Origin: Octopus vulgaris
Lineage: Eukaryota
Direction: 5' to 3'
NCBI GenBank assembly: GCA_951406725.2
Contig: OX597834.1
Coordinates: 10,974,001-11,038,000, forward strand
Length of the DNA: 64,000 nucleotides
The position numbers were made by a program, and so were the translations under genes. Under the pieces are notes generated by a model. That model saw only the letters and a list, made by a program, of their open reading frames with translations. It had not been told where the DNA came from and ran no database searches. Positions 26,736-43,014 of this stretch are shown here, in pieces. Positions within the stretch are counted from its first letter, which is position 1. Each line of letters begins with the position of its first letter.

Positions 26736-27251
26736 GTGTGTAACTGGTATTTATTTAATCGACCCCGAAAGGATGAAAGGCAAAGTCGACCTCAGCGGAA
26801 TTTGAACTCAGAACGTAACGGCAGACGAAATACCTATTTCTTTACTACCCACAAGGAGCTAAACACAGAGAGAACAAACAAAGACAGACAAACGGATTAA
26901 GTCGATTATATCGACCCCAGTGTGTAACTGGTACTTATTTAATCGACCCCGAAAGGATGAAAGGCAAAGTCGACCTCGGCGAAATTTGAACTTAGAACGT
27001 AACGGCAGACGAAATACCTATTTCTTTACTACCCACAAGGGGCTAAACACAGAGAGGACAAGCAAGGACAGACAAACGTATTAAGTCGAGTACATCGACC
27101 CCAGTGCGTAACTGGTACTTAATTTATCGACCCCGAAAGGATGAAAGGCAAAGTCGACCTTGGCGGAATTTGAACTCAGAACGTAGCGGCAGACGAAATA
27201 CCACTAAGAATTTTGCCCGGCGTGCTAACGATTATGCCAGCTCGCCGCCTT
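26736..27251 (-). mobile_element. SINE family B trimer (one headed plus two head-less units)
   Basis: GAAATACCTATTTC junctions at ~26827 and ~27012; head at 27251. Confidence 0.9.
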
Positions 27252-27890
27252 TCCGCTTTTCCAAAGATACTGTGAGCGATCTGGCATCAAATCAGACATC
27301 GAATTCTGTGTGTGTCTGTGTATGTGTGTGCGCGCATATATACGTATATGTGGGTAATATAGATATATCTAACCTTTATATACCAATATATATATACACA
27401 CACACACACATACACGCATATACACATGCGTACACAAACACATACACATGTCTGTGGTTGTGTGCGTGTATATTATATACATACACACGTGCGCACACAC
27501 ACAGTTGTGTATCTGTGTGTATGTGTGTGTGTATGTGTGTGTACTATCTAATACTGTAATATTTATCGTATTCAAATAGATAAGGAACGCCTGAACTTTA
27601 ATATACTAATTTAATTAAACTTGGGGTTTTTCTAAGTGCTACATCAGACTTTCACCGTTTACACAATGTAAACTTTCCGTCGAAAATGCACCAATCGATA
27701 AGAATCTGCCTTTTATATTGCATATATGAAATTTAAATTATGAAACTGCCTGTAACGATAGTAGTACTTTCGCTCCCACAAACTGTTATTAATCTGAATT
27801 AAATATAGTCTTTACAGTGTTATGTATGCCTGGATACATATATTGATATGTGTATGTGTTCGTAAATGTGTATCATAAGGTTATATATAT

Positions 27891-28557
<667 letters not shown>

Positions 28558-28617
28558 GCGCACAACACACCAACTCATAAGCTAGTATGGATACAAATGT
28601 GCGTGTATGCATACATA

Positions 28618-29540
28618 TACAAGGACAGTTTAAAAATGTAAGGTCTGAATTCTATAATTTATTAAGACAAAAGCCTGTGTTGAATAGTTACATCATTCTT
28701 CGACGCAGTCTCCTTGCTTTTCGATGTTCTTTTTCCAGCGGCACACAGCATCGCTAATTCCATTGTACAAGAAAGCTTCGCCTGGTCGCGTAACCATATA
28801 TGCGTCAGTTCCTGCCCGTCTTTTGTCGTCATAAATAAACGACGTTGTCTAAGATATTTGAGCGGGGCCAAAAGTTAACAGTCAGAAGGAGCGAGAACTG
28901 GATTGTATGTAATCTGTTCCAGCAAGTCGAAACCCAATTTTTAATAGTTTCAAAGCTATGGTCGGACGTATGTGTAGGAGCATTATTTTGTAAAAGAAGC
29001 AGTTACTCCGAAAACAGACGTAACCGTTTAGTGCAATAAACAGGTTTCAATTATTTTTCAAACATTTCACAGTAGTCTATACTATCGACTTTAGATCCTT
29101 TTCCAGGTAATGTTCTATTATAGGCCCTTTTGCGTTGCAAAAAAACATCTGGCATTCATTTTCTCTGCAGAAAGTGAAGGTTTTTCATTTCCGCAGGCGA
29201 TTCCATATGTATCCACTCCATGCTCAGCCTTTTTGGATTCTGGCCCAAATAGATAAACCTCGGTCTTATCTTACATAACTATCCTCTCCATAAAAGCCTT
29301 GCATTCATTGATGAATCTGTCGAGCAAGCATTGCCAGGCCTCCATACGATTGCGCTAACGTGCTTCTGTATGCTCTCAAGTCACCCATCTCAAACAGTCT
29401 TTATTGAAGCGAAAGTCATCAAGGATCTGTGGTCGGCTCGCCAGAATCGTCTTTCGGGTTTGATGAATATTCAGCGCCTGACACAACTTCATAACAGAGA
29501 TATCATGTCGCTGTTCTGTTCTTTTAGAGTGTATATAACT
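28618..29540 (-). pseudogene. Degenerate mariner transposase
   Basis: Minus-strand remnants: RWV, FMERIV..DKT, SAEKM, YNPVLAPSDC*LLAPLK, WLRDQ, GDCVEE*. Confidence 0.8.
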
Positions 29541-29653
29541 GAACATATACATAAACATGCATATATTTAAGAATACATGCATGTATACATACATAGACAC
29601 AAAAATACACGTGCTCACACACTCTATCAAAGACACACTTGGATATATGTACT

Positions 29654-29841
29654 GCTGGGGATTTTTTTTCCTCTGTCTTCCCTTCTCTGGATCTTTCCTT
29701 CTCCTATGTTTCCGACGAAGAGCTCCGCTCGAAACGTTAAGCCCTCCTTCTTTCCTTCTTTCCTGAGCGTCCAATGATATTATATTTGTTCCACGTTCTC
29801 GTGTTGTTGTGTTTTTTTTGTGCTTTCTTGTTTGGATTAAC

Positions 29842-29842
<1 letters not shown>
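29654..29842 (+). mobile_element. Penelope-like short unit P1, hammerhead motif at 29708-29742
   Basis: GTTT-CCGACGA-A-GAGC-TCC-GCTC-GAAACGT-T-AAGC; ends GGATTAAC|(TA)n. Confidence 0.78.
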
Positions 29843-29908
<66 letters not shown>

Positions 29909-30399
29909 TTACATTATATGTAAGCACGGTTAAGTTCTTCGGAATTCCCTTCCGCGAGTATGCGCACACACGTTTAATCCGACTTCCAAGGAACTTGGGC
30001 AAATTACATCTACAGAACAAGTCTAATGATAACAGTTGCGTTTGAGGAGATACGGGAATATGCAAAAGCTCATCAGAGATACGATGCCACAAATTCAAGT
30101 TTCCAGGCTTCTAGAACAATAATCAGGATTCAGCATGATAACTGTGTATGTCAGAGAGAGAGACCCAGAGAGAGAGAGAAAGGAGGTACATGTATTTGTA
30201 CATATATGTGTATGTGTGTGTGCGTATGTGTGTGTGTGTATGTGTGTGGATGTGTGCGTGCGTCTGGGCATATGCTCGTGTATGTAATAGCGTGTAAATA
30301 TTGAGTTGAAAAACTGATATTTATAGCTTTAATATACTTGCATTTTCACGCTCCCCCCCCCCCCAACGCAGGTTCTCTCCAAGTTTAAACATTTCTAGG

Positions 30400-31710
<1,311 letters not shown>

Positions 31711-32594
31711 TTGAAAGCATAAACCTACACATTACAGACCATATTTTTATGAGCTAAATTTCTAAGAATATATTCCCTTGCTTATTGCAAAGTTAACGGC
31801 TACAGAAAAAAAAAATAAAAATAAAATTATACAAATAATAACAAAAATAGAAGTATCAAATAAATAAATAAATAAATAAATAAGTAAATACATAGATATG
31901 TAAAACTAAAATCTCTAAACAAGTTCATGAGAATTTTCGCCTGGAAACTGTAAGAAAATTCTAAAATTTGCTACGAACAGTTTTATGGGTGCAACTGTTA
32001 AATGATTAACAAGAAAAAAAATATACAGATATATATTTCACGTTTCTTATCAATATATAACAAGAAATAGTTTATAGGAATATTTTGTACCTTCTTTATT
32101 TATGGATATATTTTCAATCATTATCCAGGATGCAGAATATTATATGATTTTTTGAAAGCAAAATTGTTCGACAATCTACCTACAACTTCGTTTGCTGGAA
32201 AGCTGAATCGGAATTATGATAGCCTTTTCATTTCGTATTTTGTTCTCTTTTATTCTTTTAATTTGCTTTCATAGTAGCATTAAATACCCAGATTGTAGAA
32301 TTTATATTTCAGACTTCTATTTGAATTGCACATAACTTTCATGCGTGTGAGTACTGAATATGTCTGTGTTTATAGTTAAAACATTGATAGATTCATATAG
32401 ATTTTATATACGTATAAATATACGTATACTCACCCACACAAACACCCACACACATGCAACACCCATATGTATACTTGTATAAATGCACATGTATCTATCT
32501 ATCCATTTCTCTATCTATCTATCTATCTATCTATATATCTCTGTATATATATATATGTATAAATATATATATGTGTGTGTGTGTTTGTGTGTGT

Positions 32595-32659
<65 letters not shown>

Positions 32660-32675
32660 TACATACATACATACA

Positions 32676-32708
<33 letters not shown>

Positions 32709-32912
32709 GCAGCTGTAGAAATGTGTTGCGCCGTCACGGGTGCCAAGCTTTATCGGCCTTTACATTTCCCTTGGATAACATTGATGCCGTAGAGAGGGGA
32801 GGTCGGTATGCATGGGCGACTGCGGGTCTTCCATAAATAACCTTGCCCAGATTTGTGTCTAGGAGCGTAACTTTCTAGTTGCAATCCCATGGTCATTCAT
32901 GACTGAAGGGGT

Positions 32913-34263
32913 TGTCAGCATATATAAAACATAAAGCAGCAGTTTTCACTCTTAGTCCCCAGGTTGATGAGAACAACACTGTACATGATGGTGCAAAATC
33001 CATGTGCGAGATATCGCAGAGACAATACTGCTCTGTCTTCAGTAACACAAATGCGGTTGATCTGGCTAGTATCAGTTATGTAATCCCTCAACTGACCATA
33101 TCTGACATACCTGTTGGGTGCTCCTGATATCCTAACAGAAATAGATAAGATCAAGCACAACTCGGCAGTAGGTCCCGATAAGTTCCCGTCCACTGTCCTG
33201 AAGAAGTGTCGACATCAAATTACACCCCGTCTAGCTGAGCTTTGATGAAGGCTGCATTCCTGATAATTTTCTTTCCCAATTTGTCATTCCAGTCTTCAAA
33301 ACGGGAAACAAATCTCTTACGGTGAACTACCGCCCGTTTTCACTCACTTCTCATATCATTAAATTATTTAAGGGGGTGGTGAGATCACGTATAACTCACT
33401 TCCTCGAAAACAACAATCTGCTGAACCCCCAAACAGCATGGTTTCTTTGATGGCAGGGACTGTCTGTTGCAGCTTCTGCACCATTTTGATGACATCTTAA
33501 AAGCGTTGGGAGAGGAATCCAACACTGACATCATGTACCCTGGTTTCAGCAATGCATTTGACTGAGTTGACAAGAAATCCTGCTGAAGACACTGTCCACA
33601 TTGGAGTCCGTGGAAAGCTGCTGCAGTGGATAAAATGTTTTCTGACGAACAGAACCCAACATGTTGTGTTTGAGGGAATCCGATCCAGCTCAATCAAAGT
33701 CAGTATTGGTGTCCAACAAGGTACTGCATTGGGCCCACTCCTCTTCATTATTTACATGAACGACATTGTACATGTCATCAAAATAGATTGAAAATCTTTG
33801 CAGATGATACCAAATTCCAGAAAGCCTCAAAAGGGTATGGGAGACCAAACATGCCTTCTGTAAGATCTGTTTGCTATTGTCCAATGGGCGGAGAAAAACA
33901 GTATGCTTTTAAATCAAGATAAATTTGATTTGATCCACTTTGGAAAAGAGAAAACTCTGAAATTACCATATGTTCTTCCCTCGAGTGACTCCCTAGTGTC
34001 ATCCAGCAACACCAGAGACTTAAGCTCCCACGTAAACAGCAAGGTTGACCTGGCCCGGAAAATATACTCCTGGTTTCTGAGAACTTTACGGGTTAGAGAT
34101 ACCTACATCCATCATCCTTCTCTACTCTACTTTTGCCCAACCCCCACCTTGAATATTGTTGCCCACTGTGCTCCACCCCACCCATACGAAGCAACTAAGT
34201 ATGAAAGTAGAAGCACTCTAGAGGTCATTAACAAAAAAGATAGACGGCATAAGAGGCATTGAA
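32913..34263 (+). mobile_element. Degenerate CR1/L2-group LINE reverse transcriptase fragment
   Basis: SAVGPDKFP; VIPVFKTGNKSLTVNYRPFSLTS; QHGF; LLQWIKCFLTNRTQHVV; GVQQGTALGPLLFIIYMND; KIFADDTK; frameshifted. Confidence 0.92.
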
Positions 34264-34518
34264 TAGTCACTACTCACACTACGCTCGCCCTCAACGCTTT
34301 GTTTATTTCCATATTTTCATGTATTCGTTAACAATGTCCAGGAGTTTTACTGAATCGATAATATTGTAACCACGTCAAGAGTTTTCGTCAATATGTCGCG
34401 ATGCGTGCGATTGGTGTTTTACCTATTTCTGATATATCACTACATATCAAATCTATAATATACAACTACCTGTTAACCAGCTGGAGAAGGAGTCCTCCTT
34501 GCGTTAAAATAGCAATAT

Positions 34519-34752
34519 CTATTTCTTTACTACCCACAAGGGGCTAAACACAGAGGGGACAAACAAGGACAGACAAAGGGATTAAGTCGATTACATCGAT
34601 CCCAGTGCGTAACTGGTACTTAATTTATCGACCCCGAAAGGATGAAAGGCAAAGTCGACCTCGGCGGAATTTGAACTCGGAACGCAACGACAGACGAAAT
34701 ACGGCTACGAATTTCGCCCGGCGTGCTAACGTTTCTGCCAGCTCGCCGCCTT
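34519..34752 (-). mobile_element. SINE family B monomer with TSD
   Basis: AAATAGCAATATC / AAATAGCAGTATC flanks. Confidence 0.92.
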
Positions 34753-35086
34753 CTAAATAGCAGTATCGCCGGTTCTTAGTGGACAGCCATGTTTAGATGG
34801 CGATAAAAATTACTTCGCAGTATAGATGTTGCTTTCGTTTTTTATCGCGTATCTCTTAACTAGAGAATTTTCTTGTTACAAAACCAGTTACTGTGTTATT
34901 TATTTTCTATATAATGCAAGCTGTGATGTACTACTGCTATGTCTAGAAGACAAGTAGCCTTCACCATGGATAACCGTAATACGGTCGAAAATGTGCGGGC
35001 TAATGGTCTCGATAACTGAGAAAGTAGGAAGCTGCCTCCCCGCTTGCAAGATATATCGAATGCCAAGCACACTGTTAACCAAATGG

Positions 35087-35503
35087 AGGCGCAGGAGTGG
35101 CTGTGTGGTAAGTAGCTTCCTAACCAACCACATGGTTCAGGGTTCAGTCCCACTGCGTGGCATCTTGGACAAGTGTCTTCTGCTATAGCACCGGGCCGAC
35201 CAATGCCTTGTGAGTGGATTTGGTAGACGGAAACTGAAAGAAGCCTGTCGTATATATGTATATATATATATAATTGTTTATGTCTATGTTTGTGTGTCTG
35301 TGTTTGTCCCCCTATCATTGCTTGACAACCGATGCTGGTGTGTTTATGTCCCCGTTACTTAGCGGTTCGGCAAAAGAGACCGATAGAATAAGTACTGGAC
35401 TTACAAAAAGAATAAGTCCCGGGGTCGATTTGCTCGATTAAAAGGCGGTGCTCCAGCATGGCCACAGTCAAAATGACTGAAACAAGTAAAAGAGTAAAGA
35501 GTA
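35087..35503 (+). mobile_element. SINE family A, full length
   Basis: Head, core, internal microsatellite and AGTAAAAG tail. Confidence 0.92.
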
Positions 35504-36208
35504 AAAAAAGTATATTTCTGAATGTGTTGCATCAAGCGGCAAAAATACGTCCATTTTGAATGTTTTTTCCACCTTTCTTCATAAAGCCTCATTCTGATTC
35601 AGCAGACGTCTGCGGCACGAACTTTCCGTAATGGCGTCTTACCAATTAATCAATCAATAAATCTGTTTATTCATAAGCATAACGTTCATTTATTGCACAT
35701 TATTTATCATAATTTGTTGTTATAGTTTCTGAACGGTAGTATATTGTTTGAGGGATATATTGCAGCTGTTTCTAGCACAATACGAGAGTGTATAAAGTGG
35801 ATGTGTCTCTCAGATATTCGTCACATAATTCTCAATCGTGTGGATTTTAACGAGAATTTCTGATTAGTGTGTTTTTCTCATCATTTTCTAGTCATTATTA
35901 TGACGCTAATTAACATACTCCATCTAATATAAAACAATGAAAAAATATAAATTCAATAACAAAAAAGTAAATAAATGCAAAAATTATTATCGCATCAGCG
36001 GTGGTATTATTGAATTAATCATGACAGCAAAAATTAAATATCAACAATGAAACAAAATATATATATATAAATGTATGGAAGCAACGTTGGATAAATAATT
36101 ATTCAAATTAATACCAACGTGGAACATTGAGAAATATATGGTGGCTCATAAACATATGCCCGCAGGTGATAACAAATTAATACATACATACATACATATA
36201 TATATACA

Positions 36209-36315
<107 letters not shown>

Positions 36316-36722
36316 GTGCGTGTGTATATGTATATGTATGTATGTATATGTATATGTATGTATATATATGCATATATATACGTGTGTGTATACGTGTGTT
36401 TATTTGTGTGTGTGTGTGTGTGTAATTTTAATATTCTAATTTACAAGCAATAATAACTATTAACACCAGTATTGAAAAAGAAAAAAAATTATAAGACCGC
36501 ATCATCGATCCGAAATATTTGCAATAATTATTTTCTTCTTTTGTGGTTTTGATCCTCTGGATTTTGTAGTTTATTTTTTTGATATGTATGAGGGAGAAAA
36601 AGACGTCTCATTATGTATAATTACTAATATTAATGGAGAATTAAAAAATCATAATAGGATTCATGAGTTGCACCTGATGAAAATTACATTCTAATGAAAC
36701 TAATGCAGAGGAAAATGAATGC

Positions 36723-36872
<150 letters not shown>

Positions 36873-36949
36873 ATATATATATATACATAGAGAGAGAGAG
36901 GCAAAGAGAGGTGTTTGTGTGTTTGTTTGAGTGTATGTGATATAATATA

Positions 36950-36987
<38 letters not shown>

Positions 36988-36988
36988 G

Positions 36989-37057
<69 letters not shown>

Positions 37058-37405
37058 CATAGAGAGAGAGGCAAAGGGAGGTGTTTGTGTGTTTGTTTGT
37101 GCGTATGCGATTTTGTTTGCATGTGTGTTTGTGTATGTGTGTGTACGCATGCGTAAGAGACATTGAGAAGAGAGACATGTTGGCTAGAAAAAGATGGAGA
37201 GAGAGAGTTCGATATAAATATTGAGAAAAAGTTTTAGAGAGACGGGTGTGACGGATAGAGATAAATTAATACAAATATATATAACTAATGAAAATATGAA
37301 TTATCCGACGCATTCGATGAAGAAGCCTTATAAGTGTGTGTCTGCGTGTGAGCGTGTGTGAGTGTGTTTTTGCGAATCTATTTCTTCTTGTGTGTGTTTG
37401 TTTGC

Positions 37406-37449
<44 letters not shown>

Positions 37450-37584
37450 ATGTAATCGCGAGTTTAAAGTCCTGTGGTTTTTAATATTTAATGCTATAGT
37501 CTATTTGGTTTTGGTAATTTGATATCAGTCCTGCAGCTATACGACAATAATAGGCACGAGGCTAATGCTATTACTGGTATTACT

Positions 37585-37616
<32 letters not shown>

Positions 37617-37831
37617 AAACAACACCAACAACAACAACAACAAAAACAGCTACTACTACAACAACTACTACTAATACTAATACTACTACTGCTGCTGCTA
37701 CTACTACCACTACTAGTCGATGGGAGGAGGAGGAGGAGGAAGGATATGAAGGAAAGGAAGAAGAGAAAGATGAAGAAGAGAAAGAACAAAAAGAAGAAGA
37801 AGAATATATATATATATATATACATACATAT

Positions 37832-37996
37832 ATACAACGGGCCTCTTTCAGTTTCCGCCTACAAAATCCACTCACAAGGCTTTGGTCGGCCCGAGGCTAT
37901 AGTAGAAGACACCTGCCCCAGGTGCCACACAGTGGAACTGAACCCGGAACCATGTGGTTCGTAAGCAAGCTACTTACCACACCGCCACTCTTGCGC
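37832..37996 (-). mobile_element. SINE family A 5' half
   Basis: Matches the family consensus up to the internal microsatellite. Confidence 0.85.
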
Positions 37997-38019
37997 GTAT
38001 AAGCAGATTTATTTACAGA

Positions 38020-38530
38020 AAAGGGATGGTGCATAGTGTTTGGTCTATAAGCTGGTGTTTTGCAGATTATTTCTGCTTGCAATGAATTCAAAATTCACTG
38101 GAAAATAGACGCTGATCATGTTGCAGAATTCTTAGCAGTCAATTGATACCATATTAACCTACACGCCTCTTGGGACATCCCAGCAATTACTCCTCTGACT
38201 GTATACACAAGCATCTTCTGTTTTTTCTGAAACAAATCTAGGATAGCTTCCCTTTCGTTCAATACAAATTAATTTTCTCGACAAAAGATACAGCAGTTGC
38301 TAATTTCTTTGCCGTAGTTCACTTTTAGGTAGAGCCTTCACCTAACATTTTGTTCCCTATTTCAAACAACATAAACCCAATTAGTTGTATCGCTAATTTT
38401 CTGGAGAAAACAACACTATATGTGAGAATTAGCAATTTAGTCTTTTTCTTTGGCTGTTTATGTTATTAAGGAGTGAGGCATTAAAACCTCTTTGTCCTTT
38501 CGGGAGTCATTGTTTTTGTTATGGAGGTGT
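38020..38530 (-). pseudogene. Possible very decayed hAT-type transposase remnant
   Basis: Faint minus-strand resemblance to the LDE.TD..LLI, TTG.EI and C..V..DGA..M.G blocks; no intact motif. Confidence 0.3.
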
Positions 38531-39711
38531 CTAATCCTGTCTGTTTATGTTAATTATTTTTTGTGTATTAACCTTTGAAATAGTTTGATTGTCATAAGAA
38601 TGCGTATAATTTATCGTCTTTCCGTAATGGCGCCGTGTTCTTAATATACGACAAAAATGAGAAAACTCTATGTCCGACCAACATAGTCTAGAATCTTGTA
38701 TTTTTACTTCAAAGTGGCTAAAAATAAATACTAACATTCGACAGATATCTTTGTATAAAAATAGTTCTCACAGAAATGTAGAATCATTTTCGGTCATAAA
38801 TTACGCTAAGTAATTCCAAAATATGCGAAGCAGAAGCGAACCATTTTGAATCGAATACATTGTTCAGAATAAAATCTTACAACGGTTATAATTTTTGCTA
38901 GCAAAGAAAATGTCTGCATTCTACAAAAAGTGTATACAGTAAATGAACGCTAAACAAAGCCTAAAAATCTGTGTTCTAGTATTATCGAAACCTGTGTAAA
39001 TGGCTGAAGTGGGAGTGAATGAATCAGTGAATGAGATTAAGTTTGAAGAAACCCATGTTGCTGAGATGATGATAGTGAAAATAGGATTTGAAATCACCGG
39101 TCAAAAATACATAAGCACGTAAAAAATTAAAATGGCTACTGAGCATGATAAAAAGCAATAACATATCAATTATGGGATCAGCAATGCAGGCACATGAATC
39201 AGATTATGAATTACTAGCTGCTATTGTAATACTGGTTGAGGTCTCCAAATCTTGAGAAAAGTTTTAGAGAGACTGATGTGACGGATAGAGATAAATTAAT
39301 ACAAATATATATAACTAATGAAAATATGAATTATCCGACGCATTCGATGAAGAAAAAGCCTTATAAGTTTCAGGTCTCGAAATCTGAAGCTGTCAGCATT
39401 GTTCATTTTAGGCATATCTATAAGAAAACTAATAGAAAATGCATAGGAAATGCCTTAGAAGTGGATAAGTTAGTTTACTATTTTAGATAGGGAAAGTAAA
39501 GTATGTAAAAAGTTGCATAGTTTGTCCTGTATGTAAGCACCTTACAAGCGAAAACGAAGTGACTAAATTGAGAAAAAACTGATTCTTGGTGAATGTGATG
39601 ATTTAATGATTATACAAATTGGGTTCTAGAATTCAAATTCGATCAAACTATGTTAGAAAGGGAAGACTCGGAAAAAGTTTAAAGACAACGTAAAAAAACA
39701 GAAAAAGAAAC

Positions 39712-40022
39712 ACAGCCACTCTAGAGGTTACGACGACGTGGGTCCCAGTTAATCCACTCAACAGAATATCCTGCTCATGAAATTAACAAACATGTGGGTG
39801 AGAACCTTAGAGAAACGGGTACTCTTAACGTAGTTCTCAGGGAGATCCAGCACAATAAAATGTAACTAGTCTGACATTTTGTGATACATTTACTATTAAT
39901 TTTTGCCACTCGAGTGGTTTTAAAAGTGCCTTGCTTAAGGATACAATGCTCTACCGGAAATCGAACTCGCGACCTTACGATCATGAGCTGGGTGCCCAAA
40001 CCACTAAATCATGCGCATTCAC
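39712..40022 (-). mobile_element. Old tRNA-derived SINE (distinct family)
   Basis: Minus head GCGCATGATTTAGTGGTTTGGG...GAGTTCGATTTCC (box A/B) followed by TGTATCCTTAAGCAAGGCACTT core-like motif. Confidence 0.7.
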
Positions 40023-40554
40023 TACAACTTATAACTTCAAAGAAAGAGGCGCTGAAGTAGTGACAGAAGAACCGAAACATAGGGTGATGGACAAAATCTG
40101 TCAGAAAAGTACAAATACCAGAAAAGCTTCATAGAAGGAAATATTTGTGTCAGAAAAAGGCGTTTTTTTTTTGTCTTTCAGAATAACGAATTAAAATTTG
40201 AAAAAAAAAAGAAAAAAAAAACAATATGAAAAAAGCAGAAGCGAAGCTATTTCAACTGACAAAATGACAAAAGTTTTCGGGGTTGAATAAGAGAGAAAAT
40301 ACTAAAGATTATAAAGAGGATTATTGGATTTTAAATGTGGAATTGGAATTAGATGAAAAGGCCCTATAAACAAAAGAATTTAGGCATAATAATAGACATG
40401 TTCCGTAAAAACAGGCGAAAAGCTCTTTAATTGGAATTCAACCCTCTTCAAATCTTCTTGTCTTTCGAAGAATACTCAATTCGCTTTTGGTTGGCAGCTG
40501 TGAAAAGCATTGCTTCCATTTTATTTGGGAGGACATTAGAGGTTGTCTTGATGG

Positions 40555-40688
40555 AGGTGTGATGGCTGGGTGTAGTGGTGGTGATGGTGGTGATGGTGGT
40601 GGTGGTGATGGGGGTATTGATGATAGTGGCATTGGACGTAGTGGTGGTGATGGTGAAGTTGGTAGAGGTGGCGATGGTGTTGTTGTTG

Positions 40689-40720
<32 letters not shown>

Positions 40721-41526
40721 GGTGGTGATGGTGGTGGAGGTATTGATGATAGTGGCATTGGACGTAGTGGTGGTGATGGTGGAGGTGGTAGTGGTAATGG
40801 TGGTGGTGGTGTAGTGGTGGTGGTGGTGGTGGTGGCGATGTTGGTGGTGTTATTGTTGTTGTTGTTTGTGGTGATGGTGGTGGTGCTGGTGCTGGTGGTG
40901 GTGATGGTGATGGGTATTGATATTAGTGGCGTTGGTGATGGTAGAGGTGGTAGAGGTGGCGATGGTGGTGGTGTTATTATTGTTGTTGGTGGTGGTGGTG
41001 GTGATGGTGATGTGGTGGTGGTGGTGCTGGTGCTGGTGCTGGTGGTGGTGATGGTGATGGGGGCATTGATGATAGTGGCGTTGGTGATGGTGGAGGTGGT
41101 AGAGGTGGCGATGGTGTTGTTGTTATTTTTGGTGTTGGTGGTGGTGGAGGTGGTAGAGGTGGAAATGGTGGTGGTGTCATTGTTGTTGTTGGTGGTGGTT
41201 CTAACGGTGTTGGTGATCGATGGTAGCGTTGCATCTTGTAGTGCTGCTGGTGTTGGTGGACCTAGTCTTTCTGCTGAAAGTAGCAGGTTCGAACGTGTTT
41301 TTGTTGCTGTTTCTGCGAATATCAATGTTTTCCTTTTATTTTTGTTTTTATTGTATTCTTTTTTTCTTTTCTTATTTTTTTTTTTTTTTTGTAAATAGAA
41401 TAATTTTCCTTTTTTTGGTGTTGCTTTTCTGAAAGTTAATATTTTTTTATATATATTTTAGATAACGTTGCCTTTTTTATTATTGTTTTTGTTATTGTTC
41501 TCATTGTTATAGGTGTCGTCGTCCTT

Positions 41527-41568
<42 letters not shown>

Positions 41569-42078
41569 GCTGCTGCTACTGCTGGGGTTTTGGAGGTGGA
41601 ATTGAGTGATGGGGGATATTAGTGATGAGGGGGACGATGGCGGCGGTGGTGATGTTGTTGGTGTTGGTGACAGTGTCGGTGGTAGTGGTGGGGTGTTGGT
41701 AATGATGGTGGTAGTGTGTAGGTGATGACAGTGGTGTTGACGGTGGTGGGGGTGTTGAAGTTGATTGTGTTGCTGTTGTTGATGGTGGTGGCGTTGGTGT
41801 TGGTGTTGGTGTTGGTGACGGTGTAGGTTGCAGTGGTGGGGTGTTGGTAATGATGGTGATAGTGTGTAGGTGATGACGGGTGGTTACGTCGGTGTTGGGG
41901 TTGTGGCATTGGATGTAGTGGTAGTAATGGTGGAGGTGGTAGAGGTAGTGGCGGTGGTGGTGATGGGGTTATTGTTGTTGTTGATGGTGGTGGCGTTGGT
42001 GATAGTAGTGTCGGTGGTGGTGTGGTGAATGTTGTTGTTATGGACGTAGCGCTTCTGTTCTTGTAATTGTTATTGTTG

Positions 42079-42110
<32 letters not shown>

Positions 42111-42267
42111 GGTGATAGTAGTGTCGGTGGTGGTGTGGTGAATGTTGTTGTTATGGACGTAGCGCTTCTGTTCTTGTTCTTGTTATTGTTGCTGTTGTTG
42201 TTGGTGGTGGTGGTGTGGTGGTGGTGGTGTGGTGGATGTTGTTGTTATGGACGTAGCGCTTCTGTTG

Positions 42268-42305
<38 letters not shown>

Positions 42306-42310
42306 GATGC
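40555..42310. repeat. GGT/GTT-rich low-complexity region with internally repeated 40-130 bp modules
   Basis: GGTATTGATGATAGTGGCATTGGACGTAGTGG repeated; TGTTGTTGTTATGGACGTAGCGCTTCTGTT three times (42030, 42143, 42237). Confidence 0.85.
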
Positions 42311-43014
42311 TGACGGTAATACGGTCCTTTTTATGTTCAGTGTTGTTTTTTTTTTGTCATATTCACTTTCGTCTCTTTGTTGGAGTTGCTGTCTTTGTTG
42401 CTGGTGTTGTTGTTTGTGAAAATGGCGACGGTTGTTGTTTTACTTGACATATTCTTGTTGCTGGTTGTGCGATTGCTTTTTGACAGGCTTTCGCTGCTTT
42501 GGTTACAGTCACTCCTATTCTTATCAACGATAAACGTCAGGCCAGGATAGTCGTTTTCATAGAAAAAGGGAGAATCTGGCTGACAGCCTCTCATACAACC
42601 CTTTTGTGTTGGCAAAGTGGCTGTCAAAACCGTTGCCATTGTTAATATTCAGGAAAAATTATTTCTAATGGGAAAGGAATATTTAATCGAGCTATTTTAG
42701 ACCTGAAGAGGCCAAAAATAAAGGAACTAGCTACATTCCACCAGCAGGTCATGGAGGGCTCGCAGCAGATTCCAAAAGAATATTAGCAGTTTACTGGAAA
42801 GGAAAACAAACAAGAATTCTACTTAAATGTAGAGAACGTCATACAAGTTTTTTAGTAAAAAAAATCATAAACAGATGTGAAAAAATGATAATTGTTATTA
42901 ATATTATTCTTTCTGAATTAGGCACAATACCAGCAAATATGAGGGAACAGCATTCGTTGAAAATCATTGGCCTCAATACGTGCCAGCTATTTCTAGTTAT
43001 TGATTTAGGAAGGA

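Noticed and set aside
32913-34263. Active reverse transcriptase gene
   Set aside because: Multiple frameshifts and stops, truncated at both ends
40438-41398. ~300-aa Pro/Thr-rich and Gly/Val-rich ORFs as confident CDS
   Set aside because: Open on both strands because GGT/GTT repeats lack stops; kept only as a weak finding
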